A stretch of DNA of 47,268 nucleotides from a candidate division WWE3 bacterium (GCA_038231515.1 JBBRLF010000003.1:1-47268); one strand, 5' to 3'. Positions 9,276-19,358 are shown, counted from the stretch's first letter. Notes: generated from the sequence alone by a model not told the origin. A program made the numbers and translations.

Positions 9276-9866
9276 ATGAATCGTGGATTAATTGCGTTGC
9301 TTGCCGTACTGGGCGTACTTGCCGTGGGAGTTCTGTGGTTTATCTCGGCGGGAAACTCGCTGGTGGCCAAAGACGAAGGTGTTAAAGCCGCCTGGGCCCA
9401 GGTTGAAAATGTGTATCAGCGCCGCATGGACCTGATTCCGAATCTGGTGAACACCGTAAAAGGCTACGCCACTCACGAGCGCGAAACCCTTGAAAAGGTG
9501 ATTCAAGCCCGCAATCAGGCCGTAGCCCCCGGAAAAGACCTGGCAACTGGCGACCCCAAGAAGCTGGAAGCTTTTCAGAAGTCTCAGGACGCCCTGGGCT
9601 CGGCACTCAGCCGGCTGATGGTCGTCGTCGAAAAATATCCTGACCTGAAAGCCAACGAAAATTTTCGCGACCTGCAAGTGCAGCTCGAAGGGACCGAGAA
9701 TCGCATTGCTGTCGAACGCAAACGCTTCAACGAGGTGGCGCAAGACTACAACTCGGCGATTCGCATGTTTCCCACCTCAATCATTGCCGGCATGCGCGGC
9801 CTGCAGGCCCGCGCCTATTTCCAGGCCCAGCAAGGTGCCGACACCGCTCCTAAAGTGCAGTTCTGA
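9276..9866 (+). CDS. lemA: LemA family protein
   Basis: N-terminal TM, YQRRMDLIPNLV, YPDLKANENF, LEGTENRI; GAGGAG RBS. Confidence 0.95.
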   Translation: MNRGLIALLAVLGVLAVGVLWFISAGNSLVAKDEGVKAAWAQVENVYQRRMDLIPNLVNTVKGYATHERETLEKVIQARNQAVAPGKDLATGDPKKLEAFQKSQDALGSALSRLMVVVEKYPDLKANENFRDLQVQLEGTENRIAVERKRFNEVAQDYNSAIRMFPTSIIAGMRGLQARAYFQAQQGADTAPKVQF

Positions 9867-10630
9867 TGCGCCCAAGCTTCTGGCTTCTTGCGCTAATCGC
9901 CTTTGTTCCCCATGGCGTGCAGGCCCAGACGGCGCTGCCCGACCGGCCCCACCACCATGTGAACGACTATGCGCAGGCGCTTGCCGGAAATGCCTTGGCG
10001 GGCCTTGAGCAAAAATTTGCGGCATTCGAAGCCAAGACCGGACATCAGGCGGCCGTCGCCATTTTTGCCGATCTTGGCGGCGCGCCGGTAGATGACTTTG
10101 CCAACAAGCTCTTTACGAAATGGCGCCTGGGCAGGGACAAGCAAAACGACGGCATCTTGCTGGTGCTGGGCTTGCGCGAACACGCGCTTCGAATCGAGGT
10201 TGGCTACGGACTCGAAGGGCAGCTGCCCGATGCGCTTGCCGGCCGCATAATTCGCGAAGAGATGGTGCCTTTTTTGAAGCAGGGCCAGGTAGCAACTGCG
10301 GTACTTGTTTTTGAAAAGCGCCTGGAAGATATCTTTGTCGATGGAAAAAATCTGGCGGCGGCACCGCCGCGCGCGCAGAAAAATCCGATACGCGATATTC
10401 TGATTGCGCTTATTGTGATGATCTTTTTGTACTCCATTTTTTTTCCGAAACGAAATGGCCGCAGTATTGGCGCCGGTGGCGTCTATGGCCGCAGCAACTG
10501 GTGGTGGTGGTTGGGTGGCGGCGGTGGTGGCTGGGGCGGCGGTAGTGGCGGAGGTTGGGGTGGTGGTGGCGACTGGGGCGGCGGCGGTGGTGGCATGTCC
10601 GGTGGCGGAGGCGCAAGTGGCAGCTGGTAA
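9866..10630 (+). CDS. TPM-domain (YgcG-like) protein with Gly-rich tail
   Basis: VNDYA, NDGILLV, RIEVGYGLEG, TM helix, GGGMSGGGGASGSW end; typical lemA partner. Confidence 0.92.
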   Translation: MRPSFWLLALIAFVPHGVQAQTALPDRPHHHVNDYAQALAGNALAGLEQKFAAFEAKTGHQAAVAIFADLGGAPVDDFANKLFTKWRLGRDKQNDGILLVLGLREHALRIEVGYGLEGQLPDALAGRIIREEMVPFLKQGQVATAVLVFEKRLEDIFVDGKNLAAAPPRAQKNPIRDILIALIVMIFLYSIFFPKRNGRSIGAGGVYGRSNWWWWLGGGGGGWGGGSGGGWGGGGDWGGGGGGMSGGGGASGSW

Positions 10631-11057
10631 CTTTATCAACGAGCCAGAAGAGCAGCGGCTCGTCACCCTTATTCGCGCCATGGAGCGCGCCACGACAGGC
10701 GAAATTCACGTTCATCTTTCAAAAAAAGTTTCGCGCTACGGCCCCATGCACGATGCCGCCCGGGTATTTAAAAAGCTGGGCATGGACAGAACCCGTCATC
10801 AAAACGCGGTTCTCATCTTTATCGCAACCCAAGACCGACAGCTGGCCTGCCTGGGCGCCAAGGCCATTCACGAAAAGATCAGCCAGACGGGCTGGCAAGC
10901 GCTGGTGGACGAGCTGCGCAGCCACTTCACCAAAGGCGATCATTATCTGGGCTTGCACAAAGCCGTGGAAATCGTGGGCGCTGCCCTGGCCACACATTTT
11001 CCGCCCACCGGTGAGGCGCCGCTGGGCGAAATCCCAGACGACATTACCCAGGACTAG
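10617..11057 (+). CDS. TPM-domain protein (second lemA-operon member)
   Basis: ERATTGEIHVH, LGMDRTRHQNAVLIF, HFPP...EIPDDI. GTG at 10617 with GGAGG RBS upstream. Confidence 0.85.
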   Translation: MAAGNFINEPEEQRLVTLIRAMERATTGEIHVHLSKKVSRYGPMHDAARVFKKLGMDRTRHQNAVLIFIATQDRQLACLGAKAIHEKISQTGWQALVDELRSHFTKGDHYLGLHKAVEIVGAALATHFPPTGEAPLGEIPDDITQD

Positions 11058-11890
11058 CGCCGGGGAATTTCGAGCGGCCTGAGATAGTCACGCTCTTCTT
11101 TTAACCCGCGCTGATTCGTGCGCTCCCACAGCTTTATCCGCAGCGTCAGATGGTACAGCATGAAATAAAACACGGCGACCAGACCAGGAAATCCGTCTAA
11201 AAATCCCAGACGAAAAAAGTAATGGCGCACAAAAAACCGAAAGGCGCTGAAAAACGCGCCGTAGGTCATAACCACGTCGCCGGGCGCGAGCTCCTGGATT
11301 TTTTTGTCCGCATCGTGCTCGGTGTATTGATTGGTTTTGAGAAACCACTCTGCCAGCGAGTTCACGTTAAAGTGCTTATACACGTTCTTGAAACGCGCAA
11401 CCTTACCCTCTACCGAAAGACCGCGATGAAACCCGCTCTCGCAGGGATACTGCCATTTTCCACGGCGCACCATGCGTATCTCGGCTGAACGCGGATTGAA
11501 AATGCCATGCCGCAAAGGACGCCCCAGAAAGTAAAACATGTTTGGGATGCGCACGCCATTGGGCGACGTGGGCCCCAGCGGCTGCTCTAAAAACTTTCTG
11601 ATTTCGGCAAGCAGCTCGGCCGTGGGGCGCTCGTCGGTATCGATGTAAAGAATCCAGTCGCCCGTAGCTTGCTCCATGCCCAGCTTGCGATTCAGGTCGA
11701 AGTTACCCCCAGGCGGGTCATTGCGAATGAGCCGACAGCCCAGCTTCTGAGCAACCTCGGCCGTCTGATCTGTGCTCATCTGGTCGGCCACGATGATCTC
11801 GTGTGCAATGGGACGCCACGGCTGAACCGTCGTCTCAAGACGATCGGCGCAGTTTCGCGCCGCAATGACCACCGACAACGTTGCACTCAT
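11054..11890 (-). CDS. Glycosyltransferase family 2 (LPS/LOS beta-1,4-glucosyltransferase-like)
   Basis: LSVVIAARN, MSTDQT, WILYIDTDE (DxD), YFFRLGFLDGFPG. Confidence 0.88.
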   Translation of the reverse strand: MSATLSVVIAARNCADRLETTVQPWRPIAHEIIVADQMSTDQTAEVAQKLGCRLIRNDPPGGNFDLNRKLGMEQATGDWILYIDTDERPTAELLAEIRKFLEQPLGPTSPNGVRIPNMFYFLGRPLRHGIFNPRSAEIRMVRRGKWQYPCESGFHRGLSVEGKVARFKNVYKHFNVNSLAEWFLKTNQYTEHDADKKIQELAPGDVVMTYGAFFSAFRFFVRHYFFRLGFLDGFPGLVAVFYFMLYHLTLRIKLWERTNQRGLKEERDYLRPLEIPRR

Positions 11891-11935
11891 GGCTTAAACC
11901 TATTGCGGTTATGTGGCATAATCAAGCCAGCAACC

Positions 11936-12808
11936 ATGGGCACGAAGAAAACTCTCTTTGATCGCAAGTTTGGGTCTGAATTCATTGACAGCGTACCGCT
12001 TTGCCCGGGCGTCTACGAGATGCTCGACGGCGCCGGCACCACGGTTTACGTTGGCAAGGCCAAAATACTGCGCCGACGCCTGCAACAGTACCGCAATGCC
12101 CGTCGCTGCAAGAAGCACCACAAGATGCGAGCCATTCTTGGTGATGCCGCCTCGTTGCGCTTTACCGCCTGTACGAGTGATCTGGAAGCCCTGCTGCTGG
12201 AAAACGAGCTCATCCGGCGGCTTCGGCCCCGCTTTAATATTGCCGGGGCTTTTTCCTTTCTCTATCCCTGTGTCGGACTACGCCGCGACGGACTCAATCT
12301 GTATCTGTGCTATTCAACCTCACCCGCTGACTATCCCATGTTCGATTTTTTTGGCGCCTTTCGCTCGCGCGAACTCACCCGCGAGGGCTTTATGGCCCTG
12401 CTCGAGCTGCTTGGGCACATCGGACACCGCGAGCCCCTGAAAAAGCTCGGTGCCTTTCCGCGTGTGCGCTACTCGATTGTCGCCGGTTTTAGACAGGTGG
12501 GCGAGCAGTGGCTACCCCTGCTTGAGGCGTTTTTGCGAGGCGAATCCAAGGAATTTCTTGAAAAGGCCGTAATGGCGCTGGTGGAAAAACCTTTTGCGCG
12601 CAAACATGCCGCCCAGGTGCAGGAGCTGCTCGACACCGTGATGCGGTTCTATAAGTTCGAGGCGCGCCCCCTGCGCAGAGCCATGAAAGACGTGGGGCTC
12701 GAAACCAAGGCCATCAGTCAGCAAGATCGCGACGGCGTGTTTTTACGGTCGCGGCACACGCCAAAGCCAGCAAAAATCAAACGCGCGGGGTTCGTGCCGC
12801 AAGCTTAA
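11936..12808 (+). CDS. GIY-YIG nuclease (UvrC N-terminal/Cho-like)
   Basis: PGVYEM...VYVGKAKILRRRLQQY, EALLLENELIRRLRPRFN. Lacks the UvrC C-terminal half. Start ATG 11936. Confidence 0.8.
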   Translation: MGTKKTLFDRKFGSEFIDSVPLCPGVYEMLDGAGTTVYVGKAKILRRRLQQYRNARRCKKHHKMRAILGDAASLRFTACTSDLEALLLENELIRRLRPRFNIAGAFSFLYPCVGLRRDGLNLYLCYSTSPADYPMFDFFGAFRSRELTREGFMALLELLGHIGHREPLKKLGAFPRVRYSIVAGFRQVGEQWLPLLEAFLRGESKEFLEKAVMALVEKPFARKHAAQVQELLDTVMRFYKFEARPLRRAMKDVGLETKAISQQDRDGVFLRSRHTPKPAKIKRAGFVPQA

Positions 12809-13331
12809 CGGCGTTTCTTAGGGTTTCGCGCAGAACTTCCATCTGGCCCTCGGCGCGCAGATCGCCCAAGCCCAGCTCATGCAAGCCCATGGCCGACACC
12901 TGAACGCCATGCAGACGCAGCAGATACGAGGCCGCAACAACGGCGGTACGCCGGTTGGCGTCTTTAAAAACGTGGGTTAAAACCAGATGCGCATAAAGAT
13001 CTGCGGCTGCCTCGACCACTTCGCCAGAAGCCGCGCGATCTTTGGCTGTTCTAAGTAGGTCTTTGGCCTTGGTAATAGGGTCGGCCAGAATTTGCAGATT
13101 TTCTTCGCGGCCCGAGGGCAGATTGCATACTGCCGAACCTTCCCGCCAGGGCTCGGTTTTTTCACCGCGCAAAACATTGTTGATGCGCGCCAGCTCGGCC
13201 GTATTCAGAAACGCCCCGCTCTCAACCATGCTGTCGACAACTTCCAGCGCGCGCTCAAAACGGGCGCGCTCAAGCTGGCGTTGCAAAAAATTCGGATTTC
13301 GTGGGGCGGAATGATCGTCTCTGTGCGGCAT
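12777..13331 (-). CDS. Fic/Doc family protein (Doc-type motif)
   Basis: HVFKDANRRTA motif. Confidence 0.8.
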   Translation of the reverse strand: MPHRDDHSAPRNPNFLQRQLERARFERALEVVDSMVESGAFLNTAELARINNVLRGEKTEPWREGSAVCNLPSGREENLQILADPITKAKDLLRTAKDRAASGEVVEAAADLYAHLVLTHVFKDANRRTAVVAASYLLRLHGVQVSAMGLHELGLGDLRAEGQMEVLRETLRNAVKLAARTPRV

Positions 13332-13343
13332 GCACTCTTTCTA

Positions 13344-14567
13344 TCACCAGCCCAAGCCAAAGCCAATTTTACAATTGCCCCAAGCGCCGCGCACATCATG
13401 ATTATTGATGGGGCCGCCATAGTTTCTTTCCAAATCACAGCCCCCTTCGAATATTAGCCGTTGGCCGGTCGAATGGTGACGGGTTCGAGGCACTTCCCAG
13501 GCCAGATTCAGGCCGCCGCCCCACCCTGGTGAAGTACCCGCCGAGCTGATCATTCCCCGAAACCCAAGCTCGGCGCTTAACGTCAGGTAGCGGTGCGGCC
13601 AGAAAGCATAACCGTAGGAGTGGCGCGTAAGAAACGCAGCCGTTGTGCCGCCGGTTTTGGTCGTGTCATGCAGCGAGGTCGCGTGCACCTCGACGGTAAA
13701 GCCCTGGTGGGCCCACCCCAGATACGCAAAACGCAGATAGTACGAGGGGCTGGGGCGCAGCGCCTCCCAACCCGCATCACGAAACGGCAGAATGGACGCC
13801 GCACCCACGCTCAGCGCACCTCGCATATGGCCATCCCAGACGACCTCCTGCTTCTGGTTGCGATTGAATTCAAGGTCGGGCTTGGTGTCGCAGCCTTCCA
13901 CCCAGGGTAGATACACTTGCAGCCAGTCATGAGTGGTCAGCTCTTTGGGGTCCGGAAACTTCACCACCTCAAGGTACTTGAACTTGGGATTTATCGTGAC
14001 GGTGCCGCGCGTGCGATATTCGTGCGTCGGCTTGCCGTCGTCGAAAAGATACTTGTGGTACTCGGGGTACAACTCGGGATGCGACTTGGCGTCGGGCCGC
14101 CCCTCGACGTGGGTATAGGCCTGCTGCTGCACCTCGGAGTTCAGCGATTTTTTAACTTCTTCTTCATTTGGACTGCCGCCACGACGTGAAAAATACCGCG
14201 GCTTCTCATTATCGAACCGGTATTCGACCGGAATCCATTTCAGCTTGTGCTCTTGCTTGTCAGCCGCAGAGACAATCAGAATGACATACGTGCCGTAAGG
14301 ACGCTGGCGCAGGTACCCGTCAAAATGGAGACCGCAGGCGGTGGTCGTATCCAGCGCCCGGCTACCCTGACGACCGTTCCACCCATTGAGCCGGGTACTC
14401 TCTTTTCCGACGACCTGATGTATGTACGCGTCGGGATCGACCTCGTCGATCAAAGGACCGATATGCCGGGGCCAGCGCACCTCAATGTAATTCCATTCGC
14501 TGGTATGCTCTTCATGAGCAAAACCGGGAGCAATCGACAGTAGAACCGCAAAAAGAATGGCGTGCAC
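13344..14567 (-). CDS. Hypothetical secreted protein with probable C-terminal outer-membrane beta-barrel
   Basis: Signal peptide, alternating amphipathic strands in the last ~160 aa, terminal aromatic residue (GFGLGW). Confidence 0.55.
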   Translation of the reverse strand: MHAILFAVLLSIAPGFAHEEHTSEWNYIEVRWPRHIGPLIDEVDPDAYIHQVVGKESTRLNGWNGRQGSRALDTTTACGLHFDGYLRQRPYGTYVILIVSAADKQEHKLKWIPVEYRFDNEKPRYFSRRGGSPNEEEVKKSLNSEVQQQAYTHVEGRPDAKSHPELYPEYHKYLFDDGKPTHEYRTRGTVTINPKFKYLEVVKFPDPKELTTHDWLQVYLPWVEGCDTKPDLEFNRNQKQEVVWDGHMRGALSVGAASILPFRDAGWEALRPSPSYYLRFAYLGWAHQGFTVEVHATSLHDTTKTGGTTAAFLTRHSYGYAFWPHRYLTLSAELGFRGMISSAGTSPGWGGGLNLAWEVPRTRHHSTGQRLIFEGGCDLERNYGGPINNHDVRGAWGNCKIGFGLGW

Positions 14568-14581
14568 CGATTAGAACTCTG

Positions 14582-14869
14582 TCAGTCGTCGTGCGAGCCC
14601 GCGCCGCCGCCGCCCTTGTTGAGCTCGGCGTTGTACGCGTCCAGAATCTTGTTTTCCATCATTGCGCGGGTCTCGTTGTTGAGCGGGTGGGCAATGTCCT
14701 TGAAGGCGCCGTCTTTGCGCTTCTTCGAGGGCATGGCCACGAAAAGCCCCGTGGTGCCATTGATCACTTTCAGGTCTCGCACCACAAAACAGTTGTCGAG
14801 AATGATCGTAACGTAGGCCTTCAGCTTCTCTTCGTTGACCGGAAAGATTTTAATCTCTGTGATTTCCAT
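14582..14869 (-). CDS. spoVG: SpoVG nucleic-acid-binding regulator
   Basis: MEITEIKIF, KLKAYVTI, GLFVAMPS, FKDIAHPLN. Confidence 0.96.
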   Translation of the reverse strand: MEITEIKIFPVNEEKLKAYVTIILDNCFVVRDLKVINGTTGLFVAMPSKKRKDGAFKDIAHPLNNETRAMMENKILDAYNAELNKGGGGAGSHDD

Positions 14870-14899
14870 GGTGGATGCTCTCCCAATCTCCTGACTACA

Positions 14900-14928
14900 A
14901 TTGTAGGGTGTCCATGGAATTGATGCAA
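14900..14928 (-). promoter_or_regulatory. Sigma70-type promoter of spoVG
   Basis: Minus strand TTGCAT (14928-14923), 17-nt spacer, TACAAT (14905-14900); GGGAGAG RBS downstream. Confidence 0.6.
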
Positions 14929-14959
14929 TATATCAATTAGGCAAATAATTCCGGTTGAT

Positions 14960-17566
14960 TCATCCGCCGGCCACCGCCTTTAACTTGCCACCATCGTTGA
15001 TCTCGATCTTGCCGTTGCCGGCAGTAACATGAATCGTGTCGCCGTCCTTGTAACGGCCTTCAAGCAGCTTCGACGCCAGCACGTTCTGAAGTTCGCGCTG
15101 AATAAGCCGTTTTAACGGCCTGGCGCCGAAGTCGGGGTCATACCCCTTCTCGGAAAGCAGCTCCAGAGCCTCATCTGAGATATTAAGCTTAAGCTGGCGC
15201 TGGGCCAGCAGCTCTTCGAGATGCTTCATCTGCACCCTTACAATCCCCTTGAGATGGTCGCGGCCCAAGCTGTCGAAGGTCACGATATCGTCAATGCGGT
15301 TGAGAAACTCGGGCTTGAAGTGCTCGCGCAAGACGGCATTTACCTTGATTTCGCGCTTTTCGGCATCGGGCTCGCCCATGATCTCGCGGCTGCCCACATT
15401 GCTGGTCATGATGATGACGGTGTTGGTAAAGTCCACCGTACGCCCCTGGCCGTCGGTAATCCGGCCATCGTCCAGCACCTGTAAAAAGACGTTGAAAACA
15501 TCGGGATGCGCCTTTTCGATTTCGTCCAGCAGCACCACGCTATACGGCCGGCGGCGAACCGCCTCGCTCAGCTGCCCCCCTTCTTCATAGCCGACGTAGC
15601 CCGGAGGGGCGCCGATAAGCCGGGCCACGGAATGTTTTTCCATATACTCCGACATATCGATGCGAATCATCGCATGCTCGTCATCGAACATAAAGGCAGC
15701 CAGGGCCTTGGCCGTTTCGGTCTTGCCCACGCCGGTAGGCCCCAAAAACATGAACGACCCGATTGGGCGATGAGGATCTTGCAAACCGGCACGCGCCCGG
15801 CGAATGGCATTCGACACCGCGGTAACCGCCTTGTCCTGGCCAACCACGCGCTGATGCAGCCGTTCTTCCATCTTGAGCAGCTTGCTCTGCTCGCCTTCGA
15901 GCATCTTCGACACCGGCACGCCACTCCACCTCGAAACAACGTCGGCGATGTTGCTCTCGTCAACTTCTTGATGCAGCATCTTGCGATCCTGGGCCTTGGC
16001 CGTCTTCTGATCGAGATTCTTCTGCAGCTCGAGCAGTACTCCGTATTTGAGCTGCGCGGCTTTTTCAAGATCACCACGCTTTTCAGCGTGCTCCATCTCG
16101 ATGCGCTTCTGTTCGATCTCTGTCTTGATGGCAGACATCTCGGTTACTTCAGTGCGCTCTTTCTGCCACTGCGCCTTCATGGTTGAGGCTTGCTCGGTCA
16201 GAGTCTTGAGCTCGGCTTCAATTTTTTTCAGGCGTTCTTTCGACTGGGTGTCTGACTCTTTTTTCAGGGCCTGACGTTCGATTTCGAGCATCAGAATTCG
16301 CCGGTTAAGATTATCAATTTCTTCGGGCAGCGACTCCAGCGCCATCTTCACGCGACTCGCGGCTTCGTCAACCAGATCGATCGCCTTGTCGGGCAGAAAC
16401 CGGTCTGAGATATAACGATTCGAAAGCGTGGCAGCCGCTACCAGCGCGCTGTCTTTGATGGTCACGCCGTGGTGCACCTCGTATTTTTCGCGCAGGCCAC
16501 GCAAAATGGAAATCGTGTCTTCCACCGTGGGTTCGCGCACGACTACGGGCTGAAAACGCCGTTCGAGCGCGGCGTCTTTTTCGATTTTCTTTTTATATTC
16601 GCTTAAGGTCGTGGCGCCAATGCAATGCAGCTCGCCGCGTGCCAGGGCCGGCTTGAGCATATTGGACGCATCCATGGCGCCCTCGGCGGCGCCCGCGCCG
16701 ACCAGCGTGTGAATCTCGTCGATGAAAAGAATGATTTCGCCGGCGGCGTCCGCCACGGCCTTGAGCACGGCCTTGAGCCGCTCTTCGAACTCGCCTCGAA
16801 ATTTGGCGCCGGCAATAAGCGCGCCCAGATCAAGCGTGATGACCCGCTTGTTTTTCAAGCTCTCGGGCACGTCGCCTGCGGCTATACGCTGCGCAAGTCC
16901 TTCGACCACCGCTGTTTTGCCCACGCCCGGCTCGCCAATCAACACCGGATTGTTTTTGGTTCGTCGCGACAGCACCTGCATCACCCGCCGAATTTCTTCG
17001 TCGCGCCCGATAACCGGGTCGAGCTTGCCCTTTTGGGCCATCTCGGTCAGATCGCGTCCATACTTTTGGAGCGCGTTCATCTTGCCCTCGGGGTTCTCGT
17101 CTTGCACCCGCTGATTGCCGCGCATCTTGGCCAGCACGCCCAGCACCTTGTCGTAGGTCAAACCGGCGCGAAACAAGGCATTGCTGGCCTCGGTGGACTT
17201 GAAAGTTTTTTGACCAAGGTAAGCGAGCAGAAAATGCTCGGTGCTGACGAACTCGTCTTTCAGCTTTTTAGCCTCATCTTCGGCACCCACCAGCAGCTTG
17301 TTGAAGCTGCCCGAGGGATAAACCTTACCCTCGGCCGAGCCACCCGAGACAGAGGGAAGTTTTCTGAGCTGCTGCTCAAGCGCCTGGGTTATCGCTGTGA
17401 CGTCGGCACCTGCCGCGGCCGCAATGGACGGCACAATGCCGTCTTCCTGGGCAAAAAGCGCGAGCAAGAGATGTTCGGGCTGCAGCTCTTGATGACTATG
17501 GCGAATAGCAATGTGCTGCGCCTCAACCAGGGCCTCTTCGGCTTTTGTCGTGAATTTTGCGGCCAT
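14960..17566 (-). CDS. clpB: ATP-dependent disaggregase ClpB
   Basis: Clp N-domain, GEPGVGKT, coiled-coil M domain, [20 protein letters not shown]; 868 aa. Confidence 0.98.
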   Translation of the reverse strand: MAAKFTTKAEEALVEAQHIAIRHSHQELQPEHLLLALFAQEDGIVPSIAAAAGADVTAITQALEQQLRKLPSVSGGSAEGKVYPSGSFNKLLVGAEDEAKKLKDEFVSTEHFLLAYLGQKTFKSTEASNALFRAGLTYDKVLGVLAKMRGNQRVQDENPEGKMNALQKYGRDLTEMAQKGKLDPVIGRDEEIRRVMQVLSRRTKNNPVLIGEPGVGKTAVVEGLAQRIAAGDVPESLKNKRVITLDLGALIAGAKFRGEFEERLKAVLKAVADAAGEIILFIDEIHTLVGAGAAEGAMDASNMLKPALARGELHCIGATTLSEYKKKIEKDAALERRFQPVVVREPTVEDTISILRGLREKYEVHHGVTIKDSALVAAATLSNRYISDRFLPDKAIDLVDEAASRVKMALESLPEEIDNLNRRILMLEIERQALKKESDTQSKERLKKIEAELKTLTEQASTMKAQWQKERTEVTEMSAIKTEIEQKRIEMEHAEKRGDLEKAAQLKYGVLLELQKNLDQKTAKAQDRKMLHQEVDESNIADVVSRWSGVPVSKMLEGEQSKLLKMEERLHQRVVGQDKAVTAVSNAIRRARAGLQDPHRPIGSFMFLGPTGVGKTETAKALAAFMFDDEHAMIRIDMSEYMEKHSVARLIGAPPGYVGYEEGGQLSEAVRRRPYSVVLLDEIEKAHPDVFNVFLQVLDDGRITDGQGRTVDFTNTVIIMTSNVGSREIMGEPDAEKREIKVNAVLREHFKPEFLNRIDDIVTFDSLGRDHLKGIVRVQMKHLEELLAQRQLKLNISDEALELLSEKGYDPDFGARPLKRLIQRELQNVLASKLLEGRYKDGDTIHVTAGNGKIEINDGGKLKAVAGG

Positions 17567-17605
17567 TTTCGAAGCCCCCTTCGAGGTCGTTTGGCCGCTC
17601 GCTGA

Positions 17606-19096
17606 CTACTCGTCCGAGGCGGCCAGTTTTAAGGCAATAACCGCGAAGGTTTCGCGGCCTGCTTCGTCTTGCTTGCGTACCCGCAGGAGATACGTTTTTT
17701 TGGTCTTTACCGTTTTATAAAACTGCTCGACTGTCTTTACCGGCTTTCGATCGACTTCCAGAATCACATCACCGCGCATTAGGCCTGCCGTAAAGGCAGC
17801 CGCCCCAGGTGTTACCTGCGAAACCACGACGCCTTGAAACGTCTCTGGCAAACCCAGCTCGTGCGCCACGTCGGCATCTATATCTTCAAGCAACATTCCA
17901 GTTTCAACCCGCGAAGGCTTAGCCTGTTTGCCCGGCTTGTCGTTACGCTTTCCGTTCTTCTCTCGTCCAAGATCCGGACGCCGCGCAATCACAACCGAGA
18001 CAACCTTTTCCTTGCCCGACCGCAGCACGGTCAGCTTTACCGAGTCGCCAATGGGAATGGCGGTGATTCGTTCGACGAGGTCTGCGCCGTTGTGCACCGT
18101 CGTGCCATCAACCGCGGTAATCACGTCGTAAGCCTGCAGCCCCGCCTTGTCGGCTGGCTGCCCCGGCATCACATTAGTAATGATGGGTGCTCTCAGGCCT
18201 TCGTCAAGTTTCAGGGTCTTTGCCAGATCGGATCGTAAATCATCAATACTTACCCCGATAAAGCCCCGCTCTACCCGGCCCTTGGTTTTGAGCTGGGGCA
18301 GCACGGCCTTAACCAGATTGATAGGAATGGCAAAACCGATGCCCGAGCCACGTGCGTCAATGGCGTTATTGATGCCCACCACCTCGCCACTCAGGTTAAC
18401 CAATGGCCCGCCTGAGTTGCCGGGATTGATAGGTGCATCAACTTGCAGATACTTGCCAAAGCCACCCGGAAGCGTGCGCTCTTTGGCACTCACGATTCCA
18501 TGCGAAACCGAGTGCCCGTGACCAAACGGATTTCCGACGGCCGCCACCCATTCGCCAACCTCGAGTTTATCAGAGTCGCTCAACACGGCCGCTTGCAGCT
18601 TGCGTCTCGTCTTAACCTTGATCAGCGCGATATCCAGGTCGGGGTCGTTGCCGACCACCTCGCCATCGGATTCTTTTTCATCGGCGGCTTCGGTAAATCT
18701 GACCTTCACCTCTTCGGCGCCTTCGACCACGTGGCTGTTGGTCAAAATCAGGCCGCCCGTGTTTGACGTTTCAATGATAAAGCCCGAACCCAGAGACTGC
18801 GTCTTGGGAGCCGGTCCACCGCCTGGTCCGCCCGGCGTGCCCTGAAACGGTTCGCCGCCAAACTCTTCAAAAAACTTGCGCCAGAAATCATCCTGACCGC
18901 CCTGGTTGCCCGAGCTCCACGGCATCTTCACCGTCGAGGTTGTTTGAATGTTCACCACCGAGGGAATCATCTTGCGCGAAACCTGGACAAAGATATTGAC
19001 GAGGTCACTCTTGTTCTCGCTGCTGGCCGCGTACGCGGGCAGAGCCACGAGCAGACTGAGCACAACGGTCAAAAAATTAGTGAAACGCATAGTCAC
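17606..19096 (-). CDS. degP: Periplasmic serine protease Do/DegP-DegQ family
   Basis: Signal peptide, TNSHVV / DIAL / GNSGGPL triad, two PDZ domains. Confidence 0.92.
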   Translation of the reverse strand: MTMRFTNFLTVVLSLLVALPAYAASSENKSDLVNIFVQVSRKMIPSVVNIQTTSTVKMPWSSGNQGGQDDFWRKFFEEFGGEPFQGTPGGPGGGPAPKTQSLGSGFIIETSNTGGLILTNSHVVEGAEEVKVRFTEAADEKESDGEVVGNDPDLDIALIKVKTRRKLQAAVLSDSDKLEVGEWVAAVGNPFGHGHSVSHGIVSAKERTLPGGFGKYLQVDAPINPGNSGGPLVNLSGEVVGINNAIDARGSGIGFAIPINLVKAVLPQLKTKGRVERGFIGVSIDDLRSDLAKTLKLDEGLRAPIITNVMPGQPADKAGLQAYDVITAVDGTTVHNGADLVERITAIPIGDSVKLTVLRSGKEKVVSVVIARRPDLGREKNGKRNDKPGKQAKPSRVETGMLLEDIDADVAHELGLPETFQGVVVSQVTPGAAAFTAGLMRGDVILEVDRKPVKTVEQFYKTVKTKKTYLLRVRKQDEAGRETFAVIALKLAASDE

Positions 19097-19353
19097 TTCC
19101 TCTGAGCTTCCACGAAGCGCATTCGGGTTTCGAACAGCAGGCTGTCGAGCAGCTTTGCTTCTTCGGGAGTAAGGTTATTCAAGGTTTTCTCTTTGATGAG
19201 TTCGAGCAGATCGATGTTCTGACGGGCAAGCTCGAGATCGAGCTCCGGCTTGTCACCGCCCGGCCGTGGCGTCAGGCCCAGCCCCATAAAGGCGGCTGAC
19301 GAAACAGAAAGTACGAAAGTGGTAAAATCCAATCCTCGAGTCGACTGCGTCAT
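19093..19353 (-). CDS. DUF1844 domain protein
   Basis: DFTTFVLSV...LG...ARQNIDLLELIKEKT.NNLT.EE..LL...L.E.RMRFV pattern. Confidence 0.85.
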   Translation of the reverse strand: MTQSTRGLDFTTFVLSVSSAAFMGLGLTPRPGGDKPELDLELARQNIDLLELIKEKTLNNLTPEEAKLLDSLLFETRMRFVEAQRK

Positions 19354-19358
19354 GATCT

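Noticed and set aside
10500-10625. GGC/GGT-rich repeat tract
   Set aside because: It encodes the ordinary Gly-rich tail of TPM proteins; not a CRISPR array or VNTR.
11669-11935. N-terminal extension of the GIY-YIG ORF, and calling it uvrC
   Set aside because: The extension overlaps the divergent GT2 gene, and the protein lacks the UvrC C-terminal domains.
14920-14936. FNR box
   Set aside because: The spacing is TTGAT-N7-ATCAA, whereas FNR requires N4.
17564-17608. degP TAG is in frame with the clpB ATG (13 codons apart); likewise the M48-like TAG abuts the amgK GTG
   Set aside because: In-frame spacing happens one time in three. Fusing exported and cytoplasmic proteins makes no sense, and clpB has its own SD.
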